Notes under the pieces: generated by a model | What the model was told of the DNA's origin: nothing | Seen by the model: the letters and a program-made list of their open reading frames with translations, nothing else | Database searches by the model: none | DNA from: Octopus vulgaris | Lineage: Eukaryota | NCBI GenBank assembly: GCA_951406725.2 | Contig: OX597823.1 | Location: forward strand, 43,462,001 to 43,526,000 | Direction: 5' to 3' | DNA length: 64,000 bases | Position numbers and translations under genes: made by a program | Shown: positions 28,293-44,149 of the stretch, one piece after another | Numbering within the stretch: the first letter of the stretch is position 1 | Layout: every line of letters begins with the position of its first letter

Positions 28293-29581
28293 TCAGCATT
28301 GAATCAACGACACAAAAACGGCTGTGACAAAACCTTTCATTCTCTACAATGAAGATGATCATAATGAATAAACGTGAAATATACGTGTGTGTGTAATTGT
28401 GAATGTACGTGTTTGTGCGTGTGCAGATTAGTGGTAGATATAAAGCTAAATTCTAAGCCACCCATGCAGGTACCACCAGTATATACATTGCTGTTATGTA
28501 CATTGTTAATATTAACAAATATTAATATTAACAAATAAAATACAAATTCCACAAGAATCACATGAAAAGCTTAAGGCAGATAGATTCAGAGAACATGAGG
28601 GAACTACAAAATATTAATAACAAAAACATTAAAATACGTCCTTATATTGCCAAATGGAATAATGAAATATAACCATGTAGTTCCATAGAAGTCTGCTGCT
28701 AACAAGTACAATGCATACAAAAATGGTAAGATGCCTGCGGGCCAGTGGTGAGGAATATACCAATTTAGTTTTCAGTATAGTCTCACCGCTAAATAGAATT
28801 ATCATTGGAGCAATGGTGAAAGTACCAAGTCACCCGGAACGTTGTACTAAAATTAAAATACTACAAATGATCCACGTATTGAAAACAATGGGAAAAGTTA
28901 GCATAAATGATTTGCAGAACGTATATTAGAAGGGATACACGCTTGTTAGTTGCGAAATTTTGTCCGAGGAAGCCACTTTAAGATATGTAATGTCAAATTC
29001 ACTGAACATCTCAAGTTTAGGCGAAATAAATTGCCCCGTAGGTGAAGGAGAACGGTGGATATCAATATATCGCTGTTATTTCAGATCCTCAACATCGACT
29101 CGAGTCACCCTCGAAACGAAATCAAAGCGCTGATCTGAGGTATATATGCAAATAACGAAACATCCGTCTGCAATTGTGCAACAGCGCCGCAGATGTGAAA
29201 TAAAAACATACTTAGAATTAGTAGCAGCACTATTGGGCGTCTCTTATATAACGCAAAATATAGCTCCATTCACAAACTTATAAGCATTTATGTATAATAA
29301 AAAACGCACCGTAGACATTCATGTTTACACTTCCATAAGCATATTCTTAAAGCACATATATTGTAAATATTTAACTTAGCAGTACGAATATGATTAGCTT
29401 TACACAAACATAAACATGGAACCAGCATCTTATGTAGGAAATGTGCATATAGAAAAAATGTAAGTATGTACATGCACACTTGACTGAAAACAGATAAAGA
29501 ACGCTTTCAGATAACTGTAAGAGAACACCTGCACAAACTTAGGTATCTACAAAAAAAAACATTACACGTAATCTTTTTTTT

Positions 29582-30166
29582 TTTTCTACTCTAGAAACAA
29601 GGCTCGAAATTTTGGGGGAGGGGACCAGTCGATTAGATCGACCCCAGCACGCAACAGATACTTAATTTATCGACCCCGAAAGGATGAAAGGCAAAGTTGA
29701 CCTCGGAGGAATTTGAACTCACAATGTAAAGACAAACGAAATACCGATTTCTTTACTACCCACAAGAGGCTAAACATAGAGTGGACAAACAAGGACATAG
29801 AAAGGGATTAAGTCGATTACAACGACCTCAGTGAGTAACTGGTACTTAATTTATCGACCCCGAAAGGATGAAAGGCAAAGTTGACCTCGCAGGAATTTGA
29901 AATCACAACGTAACGGCAGGCGAAATACCTATTTCTATTTCTTTACTACCCACAAAGGGTTAAACACAGAGGACAAACAAGGACAGACAAACGGATTAAC
30001 TCGATTATATCGACCCCAGTGCGTAACTGGTACTTAATTTATCGACCCCGAAAGGATGAAAGGCTAAGTTGACCTGGGCGAAATTTGAACTCAGAACGTA
30101 GCGGCAAACGAAATACCGCAAAGCATTTCGCCCGGCGTGCTAACGTTTCTGCCAGCTCGCCGCCTT
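29582..30166 (-). mobile_element. Nested/tandem SINE family A array; two units carry a Tx1-like tail
   Basis: Three cores (TTTATCGACCCCGAAAGGATGAAAGGC); only the rightmost keeps a complete head; junctions near 29746 and 29929. Confidence 0.9.
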
Positions 30167-30684
30167 AATACGACGTAATCTTAAAATACAAAATACGTTG
30201 TCTGTGTGTGTGTCTTCTATACACAGCCAAATCTCTGAAACAATCTGTACTATACTTGAGTTATATGAATCATTTGACTTCGGAAATAATAATACGGTTT
30301 TGGTTTATTTCTTTTTATTAAAAATAAATAATATTGCTTTTTATATATAATAAAGATTCATTTCTTCAAACCGTTTCAAACGCTACCTGTGTCTAGCGTT
30401 CTGACCTAGTAACTAAGTAACCAGCTATTTACACACACACACGTATGTATACATCATTACAATTGTGGCGATTTCTGATTAAAAAAATAATTTCTAAAGG
30501 TATATGTGTGTGTATATATGTGTATTAGTATATATATATATATTTATACTTATGTATGTGCATACAAGACGCACGCATGGAACTTACGGGCGTTGAGTTG
30601 CTTAATTACTTCGTAACTTCTACGGATTAAAAGTACAATGTATGTATATATATATGTGTGTGTGCATATATGTACTAATGTATG

Positions 30685-30731
<47 letters not shown>

Positions 30732-30783
30732 TGTATACATCATTACTGATGTGACGATTTCTGATAAAAATAATTTCTAAATG

Positions 30784-30840
<57 letters not shown>

Positions 30841-32637
30841 GTATATACAAATAATAAGTCCTGGAGTTGATTTCTTCGACTAAAACTGCTGTACCAGCAT
30901 GGCCGCGGTGAATTGATTAAAACACGTAAAAGAGTAAAAGCGTATATAATAATATATGACTCATATTATATAATAATATATAAACAATTGACAGAAAAAA
31001 GATGGGCCAACCGCTGGGAATTGAACACCGTTTTCGGTCAGTTGTTCAGGTTTAGTCGCTTTATATAAATAATATATAATTATAGTTATTATTAAAAAGG
31101 ACCTATGTATGTCGCTCTTTTCCATAATTTGCAGTCTTTGGGTTGTTTACAAACTTATAAATTTACATACTAGATTAAAATTATATATATTTATGCATAT
31201 ACATACTAGATTAATATATATATAAATATGTATACTAGACGAAAATCATCTAAAATCATTTCAGCAGGTTAAAGTTGGCTGAAATTGATGACAGGGCCAT
31301 GTGGTTGAATGGGTGCGTACGGAGCCATGTAAGCATTGATGTCGTGTTCAGTTCGAAGTGGGTCGTCGTATCTTTTTTCGGTTAATCAACTAGGTTTAGT
31401 CGCTTTAAATGCAGTATAAATAAGATATAATATATAAAATATATAATCATAGTCATTATATATATATATATTAACCCATACATACACACACACATATATA
31501 TGTATATATACATATACATATATAAGTAAATACATACATATATATTTGTCAACGTGTATAAATGAGTGTGTATGAGTGTGTGTATCCAAACATTGACATA
31601 TAAATGTATGCATGTAAATGCATACATACATAAGCATGTGTTTATGAGTATGGATGTGGAAACTAGGCTTCTGCATATATGTGTACTGGTATGTGTATAA
31701 GTATGTGGGGGTGGGGGCATAAAGGTGCGTGTAATTTGATCATTTTAAAAAAATACACGCAATCTCTTTCTCTCTCTCTATCTATCTATCTATCTCTATC
31801 TCTCGCACACACACACACATGCAAGTATATACATACATACTCATCGAGAAAAACGTCTATACACAACACGTCATCAAAAGTGTGCATTGTATGACTTGAA
31901 GGCATAAAAATTATTAAAACGTAAGCAATACGCAAGCCGAGACTGAACACTGCAACACAGACACGCATGCGCACAGGGAATCCATTCAGATTGTTTTCTG
32001 TTTTCTCCACATTCACTATGTTTATTACAGCTGACTCAGCATGTTGCTAACAATAAAATTATCAAGACGTCCAATCCCATGAGCTTCCAATCTTATTAGA
32101 CTTTTCATATAACGGCTGCCGTTACAATGAAACGTTACGACAATTCTAATAATAATAATAATAATGTAAAAGAAAAAAAGATACTAGATTTATCCAATTC
32201 GAATAGGTTCTTCTCTCCCATTACTATTTAGTTTCATTCTTCTTCTTTCTTTCTTAACTTCTTTATTGGCTTCTTTTATTTCCCTCAACAGTGTGTCAGT
32301 CTTCATTTTTTTTTCTTACGTGCACGCAGAGTTGCATATATGTCTGTTTATGTGCATGGAACTTGGATGCATGTATTTGAATCTCTGTGCGTGTAAGAGT
32401 GTACAGTATACGCATATTTATCTGTGTGTGTGTATGTGTGCATGCATGTATGGACATATATGCGTGCATGTAAACTACTCTCAAACGTATACCTGATTTT
32501 ATGCAGCTAAATAAAGAGTAATATATATGTATATATGTGTATATATATATGTATATATATATATGTATATATATGTATATATATATATGTATATATATCT
32601 CTCTCTATATATATATGTATATTTATATATATGTATG

Positions 32638-32702
<65 letters not shown>

Positions 32703-33320
32703 AAGAGTCATATATGTGTGTGTGTGTGTGGAATCGCGTGCGTGAGTGTATGAGAGACACTGTGGAGGCAATTATATATGAATATGAGCGCGGACGTGCG
32801 TGCCTGTGTGTGTATGAGTGCGTGTGTGTATACACATATGTATACATATATCTATATGCGTGTGTGGGTGGCGATGTGTATGTAGACATATATATTTTTG
32901 TGTGAGTGTATGAGTGTGTTGAGGTGTGAGTGAGAGAGAGAGAGAGAAAGTTAGAGAAAGAGCAAGAGAGAGTGTGAGGGAGTTGGTATATTACCGTATC
33001 AAGAATGGAATTGATATGCCCGATTATATACTATTATCAAAATATTAATACTTAACACACCCATACACGCACACACACATATTATGTGTATGTTCACATA
33101 CATTTGCAGAGAAACATATGTTCGTGTGACTTTGCTTGTATGTCTGTTCATGTAATTCCTGCTTCACAACTAAAATGAAGTGAAAAATAATATATTTACT
33201 AACGACTTGTCCCACTAATAGTTTCTTTTGTACTTTTATTTGTTACTCTTAATTTATCTGTCATTTACGCGTACACTGCGCATATACATAAAGTACATAT
33301 AAACATATGAATCTGTATAT

Positions 33321-33363
<43 letters not shown>

Positions 33364-33488
33364 CAGATAGACAGAAAAACAGACAGACAGATGGATAGAT
33401 AGATAGATATATACATACATACATACATAGATTTACATACATATATGCATAGATATTCTACGTTCATATATATATTTATATGTGTATG

Positions 33489-33519
<31 letters not shown>

Positions 33520-34841
33520 AGTGTGTGTGTGTGTGTCTGAGTGTGTGTGTGTGTGTCTGTGTGTGTCTGTGTGTGTGTGTGTGTGTGTGTGTATACATGG
33601 TTGTATATGGTGTATATGTATGAATGTCTAATATACATACATTCACACAGAAAGAAGTGGGAATGAAAGGTAAAGTGTGTGAAGGAGGAACGATGATTGT
33701 GAAGCGAAAGGAAGCCAAAGTGAGAATCTGCGTTTGAAATGGGAAGAGGTGGTATAAAAAAAGTAGCGAGGGAAATATCAACGAAAATATAACAGATGCA
33801 ACATATGTCTAAATACTAATCGACATTTCATCAAATCCTTTTCGTATGCATCTTTAACGCCGGCAAAACGTGCTCGACAAGGTCTGAACAGATCATCTTA
33901 AACCTCTTAAGTCAAGTTAAATCATATGGCAGCCATTTTGAGATTTCCAGTTTTCTCAAGCGTCTCTATTTATCGTGTTTTTCTTTCTCATTCTGCTTAT
34001 CATTTCATTCGGACTCTGCAGACGGCTTCGTGACGTGCTGGTAGTAGTGAATCTTTATGGAATGTGGGGTGGGCGGAGAAAAAGCAGCAACAGTTCTAAG
34101 AAGCAATATGTAGAAGATAATGTTTTAATGCTTTTACACATGAAATCTATGAATTGTTTCCACTTGTATCATGAAAGAGAGACTAGAGAGGGATAAGGGG
34201 GATAACTGTAGAGAATGTGAGGGAGACTGACAGAGGGCGAATATAGTGAAGGCTGAAATGTAAAAGGAGATGTTGGGTTGGGTTGGTTCTTAGTGATTCG
34301 TGGCAATACACAGTGTGTTTGGTATGGAATGAAAAGAACAAGATATCAAGAGAGAGAATTTAGAAGTCACACATCGCTTGAAACGTGCCAGGCGTACAAG
34401 TTTTGCGTTTTTGCGTCTTGCTTTTGATATTGTCCAGTAAATTAGAATATGACAAGTGGAGGTAATGTTATTTAATTAGGGGGATATGTGAAGGAGATGT
34501 ATGCAGGGTGTGATGGCGGCGAGATTGTATGTGTGTGTGGCGATGGTGGTGAAAAGAGGGTGAATACGTAGGAGACTGAATATTAGGGTAAGAGGAGTTT
34601 GGCTGGGATGGAATAACTGTTTCTCGGAGAAATGGACAGGATCGATCGATATGTATCATCTAATCAATTGGATTACTGACTTAGAACAGAGGGAATATCA
34701 CCATGACAAAATTGTCCTGTTCATATCGAATATATATATATATTCATATACATGCATTCATACAAATATGCATACACAAACACACACACACAAACATAAA
34801 TATATATATAGGCATACAGATGCACCTACGCACATACATGC

Positions 34842-34889
<48 letters not shown>

Positions 34890-35261
34890 GAGTTTGTGCA
34901 TATGCGTATGTACGTGCACATTATTAAACATATATTACATACATATATATATATGTACATATACATATATTTGTATACATGTATATAAAGGTTTTTATAG
35001 ATATATGTGTATACACAGAGAGGAAGACACACACACATATATATAAGAGTATATTTATATAGATATATAAGTGTATATATTAATATGTTATAACATCATA
35101 TAAAATATAAGCAAAGACATGCCCACATACAAAAACGCGTGGAACACACTACGCACGCACGAACGCACACACATGCACACACACTCACTCACACACACAA
35201 AACATATACAATACATTTTTACAATATATAGATAGACAGATGGATAGAAAGATAGATAGAT

Positions 35262-35368
<107 letters not shown>

Positions 35369-35372
35369 ATGG

Positions 35373-35431
<59 letters not shown>

Positions 35432-35887
35432 GCATATATGTGCATAGATATATGTTTATTATATATATATATATATATATATATAAGCCTACATATATAT
35501 AATACATTACATATACATATATGGATTTAAATTAAATAATTATGTATATAAATATATACATATAAATTTATTATATACATGCATCCTAATACATAGAAAT
35601 ATAGATGCATACACAGACACACACGCGTGTGTGTATGTTTATATGGATTTGCGAGTTTCTACGATTAAATCATGAATAGCAATTTATTGAAATTTCCCTC
35701 CCCCCTCTCTCTCTCACTCTCTTCCCTCTATCTCTCTGTCTCTCCCTCTCCTCCTCTATGTTTCTCCATTTCTCTCGTGTTATGCTTCGCTCTTTATTCC
35801 AATGGTATTAAATATACATCTACCTTCTATTTATAATGCTGTGTGTATGCATATATACGCACAAAGTAATATTCTTTTGCATCTGTA

Positions 35888-35962
<75 letters not shown>

Positions 35963-36449
35963 TTGTGTGTGTGTGTACGAATGTGCTATGGGTGTTTGTG
36001 CATGTTGTTACATATATGTATGGGTATACGTATGTGTAAATGCCTGAACATGATATGTGCCATAAAATTTCTGCATCTCTAAGGACATTAACTATCCACT
36101 TCCATAAATCTTTCTTAATGCAACACATAGATGTGTTGACCTTGGTTTCCTTTTAGAGTTAATTTTTCACCCTTGAAGAATTAAACTTGTGGATTCTTTA
36201 GTATTAAACTGAATGGACTACATAAATGTTAAATGTTATATCAACTAAAATTATGCATTGCTGGCGGCAACGCGCGAACTGCTGACCTGAAAGTTGGTTC
36301 TCCATTTTCTTACTGCATACCTCCTATCCACTCATTTATCGTAGCGTAAAAATATAATTAGAAAATCATAATCGAAAACTGATTAATAGTACATCTAACC
36401 GTCCTTATTACGAAAGAGTGGTAAAAAGAAAGAGTAACACACTGTGATA

Positions 36450-36620
36450 TGCACTTTGCATATGAAACGAATGGTAGATTCATTAACACCAAACTCGTGC
36501 TCCACAACAGCAAATTTCAAACGTCGCTTAATTTTTTTCATTACCATTTTCTGCAGAGAAATTATACTCGTTTGTTAGGATCAGTCGCCTTCGTAATTTC
36601 TCTGTTCACTAGTCCCATGT
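36450..36620 (-). mobile_element. pogo/Tigger-like transposase N-terminal HTH remnant
   Basis: Minus frame IKRRLKFAVVEHEFGVNESTIRFICK resembles the Tigger GVNESTIR motif. Confidence 0.5.
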
Positions 36621-36879
36621 TAATGAGTACGAGCACAGAAAATCCGCATGAAAATACGTAGCTTCGCCGCACAATCAAGTAGACTCAATCGGTAATTTTT
36701 GGGTGATACAAACAGAAACTTTAATTGAACGCCGATCGGTTTTATCAAACGATCAATTTGCCATAAACGTAAAATAGTTCATAATGGAGTGTACCGTGTT
36801 ATACCGGATCAGTGATAAAATGAAACCGTGACAGACAAGGCTACAATTACAAAGCCAGACGTTACTCGTGAGCGAATAT

Positions 36880-36985
36880 GTTAAGTCGGGACTCCTCGCT
36901 GACCACCCATGCAGACCGCAACGACCAATCCATCTCCTAAGAAAGTGGACATTCAGCTATTCACGAACGACAAGAGCAATATGCT
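36880..36985 (-). mobile_element. Tc1/mariner-superfamily catalytic-domain fragment
   Basis: Minus frame VRE*LNVHFLRRWIGRCGLHGWSARSPDLT matches the RWIGR...WPARSPDLT motif. Confidence 0.65.
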
Positions 36986-37109
36986 TACAGATTAAATTAT
37001 TATACTTCAAAAAAAAAAAACACAAACATTTCGAGAACAAAATTACAATTGATATATAATTTATAAACATTTTGAAATAGGGAGTTACGTTTCAGTCATA
37101 CTGTACATA

Positions 37110-37300
37110 TTTTTTTAGCTCTTATTTGTTTTAGTTATCGGACTGCGGCCATGATGGAGCACCAATTTGAAGCGTTTTGTCAAAGAAGTAGACCTCAGTA
37201 TTTATTTATTTTTTTTATGTCTAACACTTGTTCATACATTACGTTTGGTAAGCGCTAGGGTGTACAAGACCACCACCAGTTGTCAAGCAGAGGGTGTGAG
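37110..37300 (-). mobile_element. SINE family B, 3' half, degenerate
   Basis: GACTGCGGCCATGATGGAGCACC...CACCAGTTGTCAAGC. Confidence 0.55.
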
Positions 37301-37509
37301 ACACACAAGCAGAAAGACAAATATATATATATATAAGTATATATATACACGCACACCCGCGCACACACATAGACATTCACAACCCCGCACGCATTCACGC
37401 TTGCACTGCACACGCACACTCATATACACATATATTATGCACTGGTCGTCTCGAAACTATACAAATCGCTTGCTAAAGATATAAAAACCTTATTTCCGAC
37501 CACCGGCCG

Positions 37510-38050
37510 AGTATACGTGTGGAGACAGCCAAAAGAAGCATTTGACCCAGACTGCCTTCTTCCAACTGTTAAACACAGACGAGGATCCGTGATGATCTGT
37601 GGGGCTATATCTTGGAAATCCGCCGGCCCAATAGTTTCCCTTCATGGCAGAATTAATAGTCAAGACTATTTAAGCAGTTTATCTGATCAAATTCATCCTA
37701 TTGTTGCAGTACTGTTTGCGGAGGGAAACGCAATCTTTCAGGATGATAATGCACCAATTCACATAGCACGAGGAACATTCTTGTGAAACTGGACATCTTA
37801 TCTGGCCACCACAGTTCCCAGATCTCGATATTATTGATCATTTATGATGCATTTTAGAAAAACAAGTAAGGAGTTGGTATCCTCCACCATAATCACTGCT
37901 AGAACTGGAGACTGCTTTAGCGGAAGAATGGACAAGAAATCCTTTGAAAATAATTCAAACGAGTCCAGACTACCAAAAGCGGTTGTATCCCATATTAAGA
38001 TCAATTTGTTAGAAATTTTAAGGTGTTTCCATTATTTTGTCCAACACTTG
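37510..38050 (+). mobile_element. Tc1 (DD34E-type) transposase remnant with probable right TIR
   Basis: PTVKHRRGSVMICGAISW...IFQDDNAPIH, then WPPQFPDLDIIDHL; ends GTTTCCATTATTTTGTCCAACACTTG|TA. Confidence 0.85.
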
Positions 38051-39724
38051 TATGCATACCTTGCTACCTTATTCTCTCATTATTTTAATATAGTTAAGGT
38101 GGTCGGGTATTTAAATATACGTCTAAAAAATGCAGTCATCCTCCGAAACTGAATTCAGATTATGGTGTAACGTTCGCCTCATAATGTAGGAAGAGCTCGA
38201 AGCGACAATCAAACAGCGACTCGCTAGTAACAGCCTGTAGTTCGTTTCAGGCTCCTTCTATTGCACGGTTTCTTTACACTGGGACCAAAATAGTCTTATT
38301 CTTCACCATCATCTTCCTCCTCGTTGTCCCCGTCATCATAATCATCATCATTATTACTATAACAATACTAATCATCATTTTCACTGGCATCATCACCACC
38401 AGTACTACTACTGCTGCTGCTGTTGGTGCTGTTGCTGCAGCTGCTGCTGCTGTTGCTGCTGCTGATGATGATGATGATGATGATGATGAGGAGGAGGAGG
38501 AGGCTAGTTCTGTATCTTTTATTTCCAAAGTTTATTTCAGTTACTTCTCTCTTATCTAAGCACAATATATTTTTCTTCCTTCTTTTTGTTTTTGGGGGAG
38601 TTGAGTGTTCTTTTTCATGTTTTTTTTATTACTTTTTCTATTCCATTAAACGGCCCTTCTCTCTCTTCTCGTTGCAACATATATTTCATATTTCACAATT
38701 CCCTCTAGGATTGCCTCCCGTGTTCGCCTTCTCTAGCATGCATCGCAGTGGAATTCGATTGGGTTTTTTTTTTCTTAGTATTTTATTTTCCACTCTCCCT
38801 CGAGCAAATATTCAACGTTAAAAGATCAATGCCAATATTCTAAAATCAATTTCTATACAATATAGTTATTGTTTTTATATAATTTTTTTTCGCTTACTTT
38901 CTACTTAACATTTCGTTTTTGTTCTATATCTTTGCTTTCAACAACCTAAATTAATGTTTCTGCGTTGCTTTCATTGTCTCATGCCGACATCCATATCTTG
39001 TTTGTTTTGGATCCTGTTACACTCAACAAAATTATACAGATCATTCTTCATGTTGCCACTAAAAAAAAAAAAAACAACCATATATTTTACATTTAATAAC
39101 GACTCAATGAATGGCATTGTATACAATGCCAATATTTGAAGCATTCATCGATAAAAAAAATTAAAATCTTTTAAATATATATAATAATCTTGTGTTGATA
39201 CATTATGTAAAAATTAAACAGCAACTTTAATAACCTCTTTTTAGCGATATCTAAATATTCCATCCATTTGATACAACAGCGCATTTTTATTCTCCAGACA
39301 TCTAAATAAATGCCATTGTGTTGCAACCGGAGAGGGAGACATGTTTTATACGTAAATGTTCGTTGAATAGATACATTCTGTATCTGTCGAAGATACGCAC
39401 TCTTTATGGTATTTTATTGAAATGTTTTTTCTTTCCTTTTTTCACCAAATGATGTTCCTCTCGGCGAGGATTAAAGCAAGAGCCGTTATGCAGTATAATT
39501 GTTTTACCATGCAGCCAAGTCCCGTCTCCGACCAACACTTAAGGTCGTTTTTATTGTCAGAAAAGGTGAAACATGTCTAGTCTCTTCTCTCATTTCTTGC
39601 ACACACATTTCCCGTCGTCACCATAGTATTTACTATTATCCGTCCTACGACGTATTTTCTCCCCTCTCATTGAGTATCATCTAGTAGAATTGATCACTCT
39701 CTCTCTCTCTCTCTCCCTCTCTCT

Positions 39725-39792
<68 letters not shown>

Positions 39793-40499
39793 CTCTCTAT
39801 CCCTCTCTCTCTCTCTCTCTCTGTCTGCGAAAATGTATTCAATATAAAGAATAACTCGATTTGAACCTTCAATTTATGATGTTTTTTTTTACAACGAACA
39901 ATGGACAATTACTATACGAGCTGCGTCAGAAAGACACAAATATACTATTGTACTAGAGAAGAAGAAGATGATGAAGAAGAAGAAGAAGAAGAAGAAGAAG
40001 AAGAAGAAGAAGAAGAAGGAGGAGGAGGAGGAGGAGGAGGAGGAAGGAGAAGAAGAAGAAGAAGAAGAAGGAAGAAGAAGAAGAAGAAGAAGAAGAAGAA
40101 GAAGAAGAAGAAAGGGGAGGAGGAGGAGGGACGGAGGGGGGAGGGGGAGGCGGCGGTGGCTTCTTCTGTGCTGGCATGAACAGACTGAATAACTAAAACA
40201 TTGAAGAGATAAAGTGGAAAGTGGGTCAGACACAGGTTTAGCGTGGAATCAAAGAGAATGGAAATAAATTTATCTACGCCACATCTTGATGATAAAGGTA
40301 ATTCTTGCCGGAAGAATTTAAACTCAAACCAAATTCTAGAAATTAAGAGTTTGGTCCTCCATCAATATAGCAGGTTGAATTAGGAAAGAATGCAGTAAAA
40401 TTATGTATGCACATGTAAAAAGAGAAAATGAAATAGCCATTCGTTTCGACGACCAGAACTCCCTGTGGTTCGATAGACAAGATAGTTTACTCATTGGTT

Positions 40500-40710
40500 T
40501 GATTAGTAGAATTGGCAGAGCGTTGCAAAAGTTACATTGTGGTATTTGTACTAAATCCTTAGTTCTAAGTCACAATCTCACCGCGATCAACCTAAACTTT
40601 TCATCGTTTCAGGGTCGGTAAAATAAAGTACCGCGTCAAATATTAGAAAGGATGTAATCGACTAAATCTTCTCCCCTTAAATTTGCTGCCCTTAAGCTTC
40701 AAGCAGAAAT
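40500..40710 (+). mobile_element. SINE family A, degenerate
   Basis: ATTGGCAGAGCGTT...CTTTTCATCGTTTCAGGGTCGGTAAAATAAAGTACC...GATGTAATCGACT. Confidence 0.6.
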
Positions 40711-41171
40711 ACTCGTAGGGGTTGTGGTTGAGTATTCCGTAAACAACTGTACACATATTACTTCCAAACAGTATGGCACAGTGTGGATTTTTGTATCATA
40801 CGTACATCCGACAGAATTCAACACAGTTTCTGTCAACCTCCCAGTGTGTTGATGGTATTGGTGAAAGTGTTAGTTGTGGTAATGTTGGGGGTGGGGGTGG
40901 GGCGATATTTATTGTGGTGATGATGTTGATGGTGAATTTGAATAGAAATTGTTTTACCATATGATCAACAGTATCCGATGTACTAATGAAATTACCAAGA
41001 TATGGACACTGCAAATAATTGCTCGTTTCCACTACTAATACAACAACAACAACAACAGCAACTACTACTACTAGTGTTACTACAACTACTACAACAACAA
41101 CAAATACTACTAATACAACTACTACTACTAATACTTCTAAACTACTACTACTAACAATAATAATAACAATA

Positions 41172-41276
<105 letters not shown>

Positions 41277-41958
41277 TAAGAGCAACAACAACAACAATAA
41301 TAATGCATGAAATTCTTGTTGCTTGACGTCTCTGGGACTTGGGTGCAGTTTGTACAAATTAAAACAAACGCAAAATCTAATAATAATAATTATTATTATA
41401 ACAAAATCAGGAACAACAACGACGATGATGATGATGATGATGATGATGATGATCATGATCATGATGATGATGATGATGATAATGATCATGATGATCTTGA
41501 TCATGATGAGGATGATCATGATGATCATGATGATCATGATGTTAATAATAATAACACGCCATGAGCCACAACATTATTAATTAAAATCGCAACACTAATG
41601 ACATTATCCAACAACACCGGCATAAGCAAGAACCAACCAAAAAAAGAAAGAAAGAAAACAAGAGAACGAACAGAAAATTATTACATTTTGAATGTGTTTA
41701 CCAAATGTAAACCGCTTCTTGGTTTATGTGTTATGTAATATTGACACGCCAGTTGTCTTAATTATTACGGTGTACGCTTTCTCTCTGTGGGGTCGTTGTT
41801 TTATGTAGGTGAACGCAGGTAGCTGATTTTTGGCTTAGATGTGAGTGGACATGTGTTGCTACGTGTATATACACGCATATGTATATACATACATATATGA
41901 ATACATATATACATACACACACACACACACACATATATATAAATATATAAATGCATCC

Positions 41959-42384
<426 letters not shown>

Positions 42385-42835
42385 CCTCGGCTGAAATAGC
42401 GCAAGAATTAACCAATACTTAGAACTGCATAGAAATCCTTGAATATTGGAATTTCGGTCGAGTACCATAGTATATTTGCCGCCCGATTTCGTTTGTTATT
42501 CTATTCATCCTTCAAAAGTGCTTATATCTGAGGGTAGTACAAAAACAAATATTGGTATTTCAACAATTGTCGTATAATGTCGCAGTATTCCCTAACGAAA
42601 CACATGATGAGTGACTGAAGATGTTGCAATAAAAATACTTAAACCATCTCTGACATCCATACATATATATATATAATTATATGGTAATTTTATGTGTGTG
42701 TGTGTGTGTATGCGCGTGTGTGTATACTTGTATGTTAGTGTGTGTATGTATATATGTACCAAGATACATACATATACGTGTGTGTGCGTGCGTATATATG
42801 TAGGTATGTTCCGTGAGTACACCGTCTGGTGAGAG

Positions 42836-43545
42836 ACAAATATTATTTAATATACACAGTAAATGATTTTATGTGCTACTATTAATTTCATGTGCTGAGA
42901 ACAGGCCAAACATTGTTTTATAACATGTTTGGTGTTCAAACCCTATCACCAGGAACTGCTCACATAGCATAACGAATTAAAAATGGAGCCCGTGAGAAAG
43001 TGAGAAAAGGCAAAAAGTAAGCATATATAAAACTTGGAGGGTTGAAAACCGGAAAACGACTATCAGAAAGAAGAAAACAAAAGATGAATAAGGGTTATTT
43101 CCCTTAAACCGTAAATTATAAAGCTGGAAAGGTCGGGTTTAGAGCTTATACTATAGTTATTAATCTGACGTAGGAGGTACTTACCAATTCTTCAGCAGGA
43201 ACTTAGGCAAACGCTTACAACCGTTGAAACTTTCATATGAATAATTACAACATAAGCTCTAAGCCACGACCTTTTCAGCTCTATAACTTGCAGTCCACGG
43301 TAAATAACTCTTATTCCCTTTCTTTTGCTTTTGCTTTCTCATTTTTCTTCGTTTTCTGGTTTTTCAGCCCTCAAAATTTTATATATGCGTCCTTCTCTCC
43401 ATTTCTCGCTCCATTTTTAATTCGTCACGCCTGATGATTGGGCTGGGACACTAAGCATGTTATGAACCAATGTTTGGCCTGTTGTCAGCACATGAAATAG
43501 TATCACCTAAATAATATATCGTGCTTATTAAGTAATAATTTAATG
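42836..43545. repeat. Long imperfect inverted repeat (~300-bp arms, ~80-bp spacer), each arm ending in a hammerhead-like motif
   Basis: Matching blocks GAATAAGGGTTATTT..AGAGCTTAT / ATAAGCTCT..AATAACTCTTATTC; CGAATTAAAAATGGAGC / GCTCCATTTTTAATTCG; TTTCATGTGCTGA.AACAGGCCAAACATT / AATGTTTGGCCTGTT.TCAGCACATGAAA. Confidence 0.85.
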
Positions 43546-43768
43546 TTTATTAAATAACTATATATAATATATAATAATGTAGGTAGCCGATTAACAGTAG
43601 GCGCAGTATGTATGCATGTAAGTATGTAAGTATGTATGTAGGTATGTATGTACACTCACGGGAACTCAGATCAGGTGAGACCGAGATCAGTACGAAATCA
43701 GGTGAATTGGGTATATCTGCTTCCTCACTTGTGAGCTTGTCTCACTACGGTACGGAGCTTTCTCGCTT

Positions 43769-43873
<105 letters not shown>

Positions 43874-44149
43874 ATATATATATATATGTAGGCACATGTA
43901 TGGTTATGTGATTAAGAAGTGATGCAAGGTATTTTGGGCAAGTGTCTTATACTAGAGCCCTGTGAGTGAATTTATTCAACGGAGAAGGGAGAAATAAAGA
44001 AATTGAAGAATCTAGGCGCTGTATTCACGAATGAGAGAAGTGAGAGACTTAATTGGATGTTAGTATTGCTGTTGCTGGCAGCTCTAGCATTCGAACATCA
44101 AAAAAGGAGAAGTTGGTAAAATAAAGAAAAAACAAACAAACTCGTTATG

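Noticed and set aside
28560-29230. Complex sequence with a 72-aa ORF, possible LINE ORF1 or gag remnant
   Set aside because: No zinc knuckle or other diagnostic motif could be read
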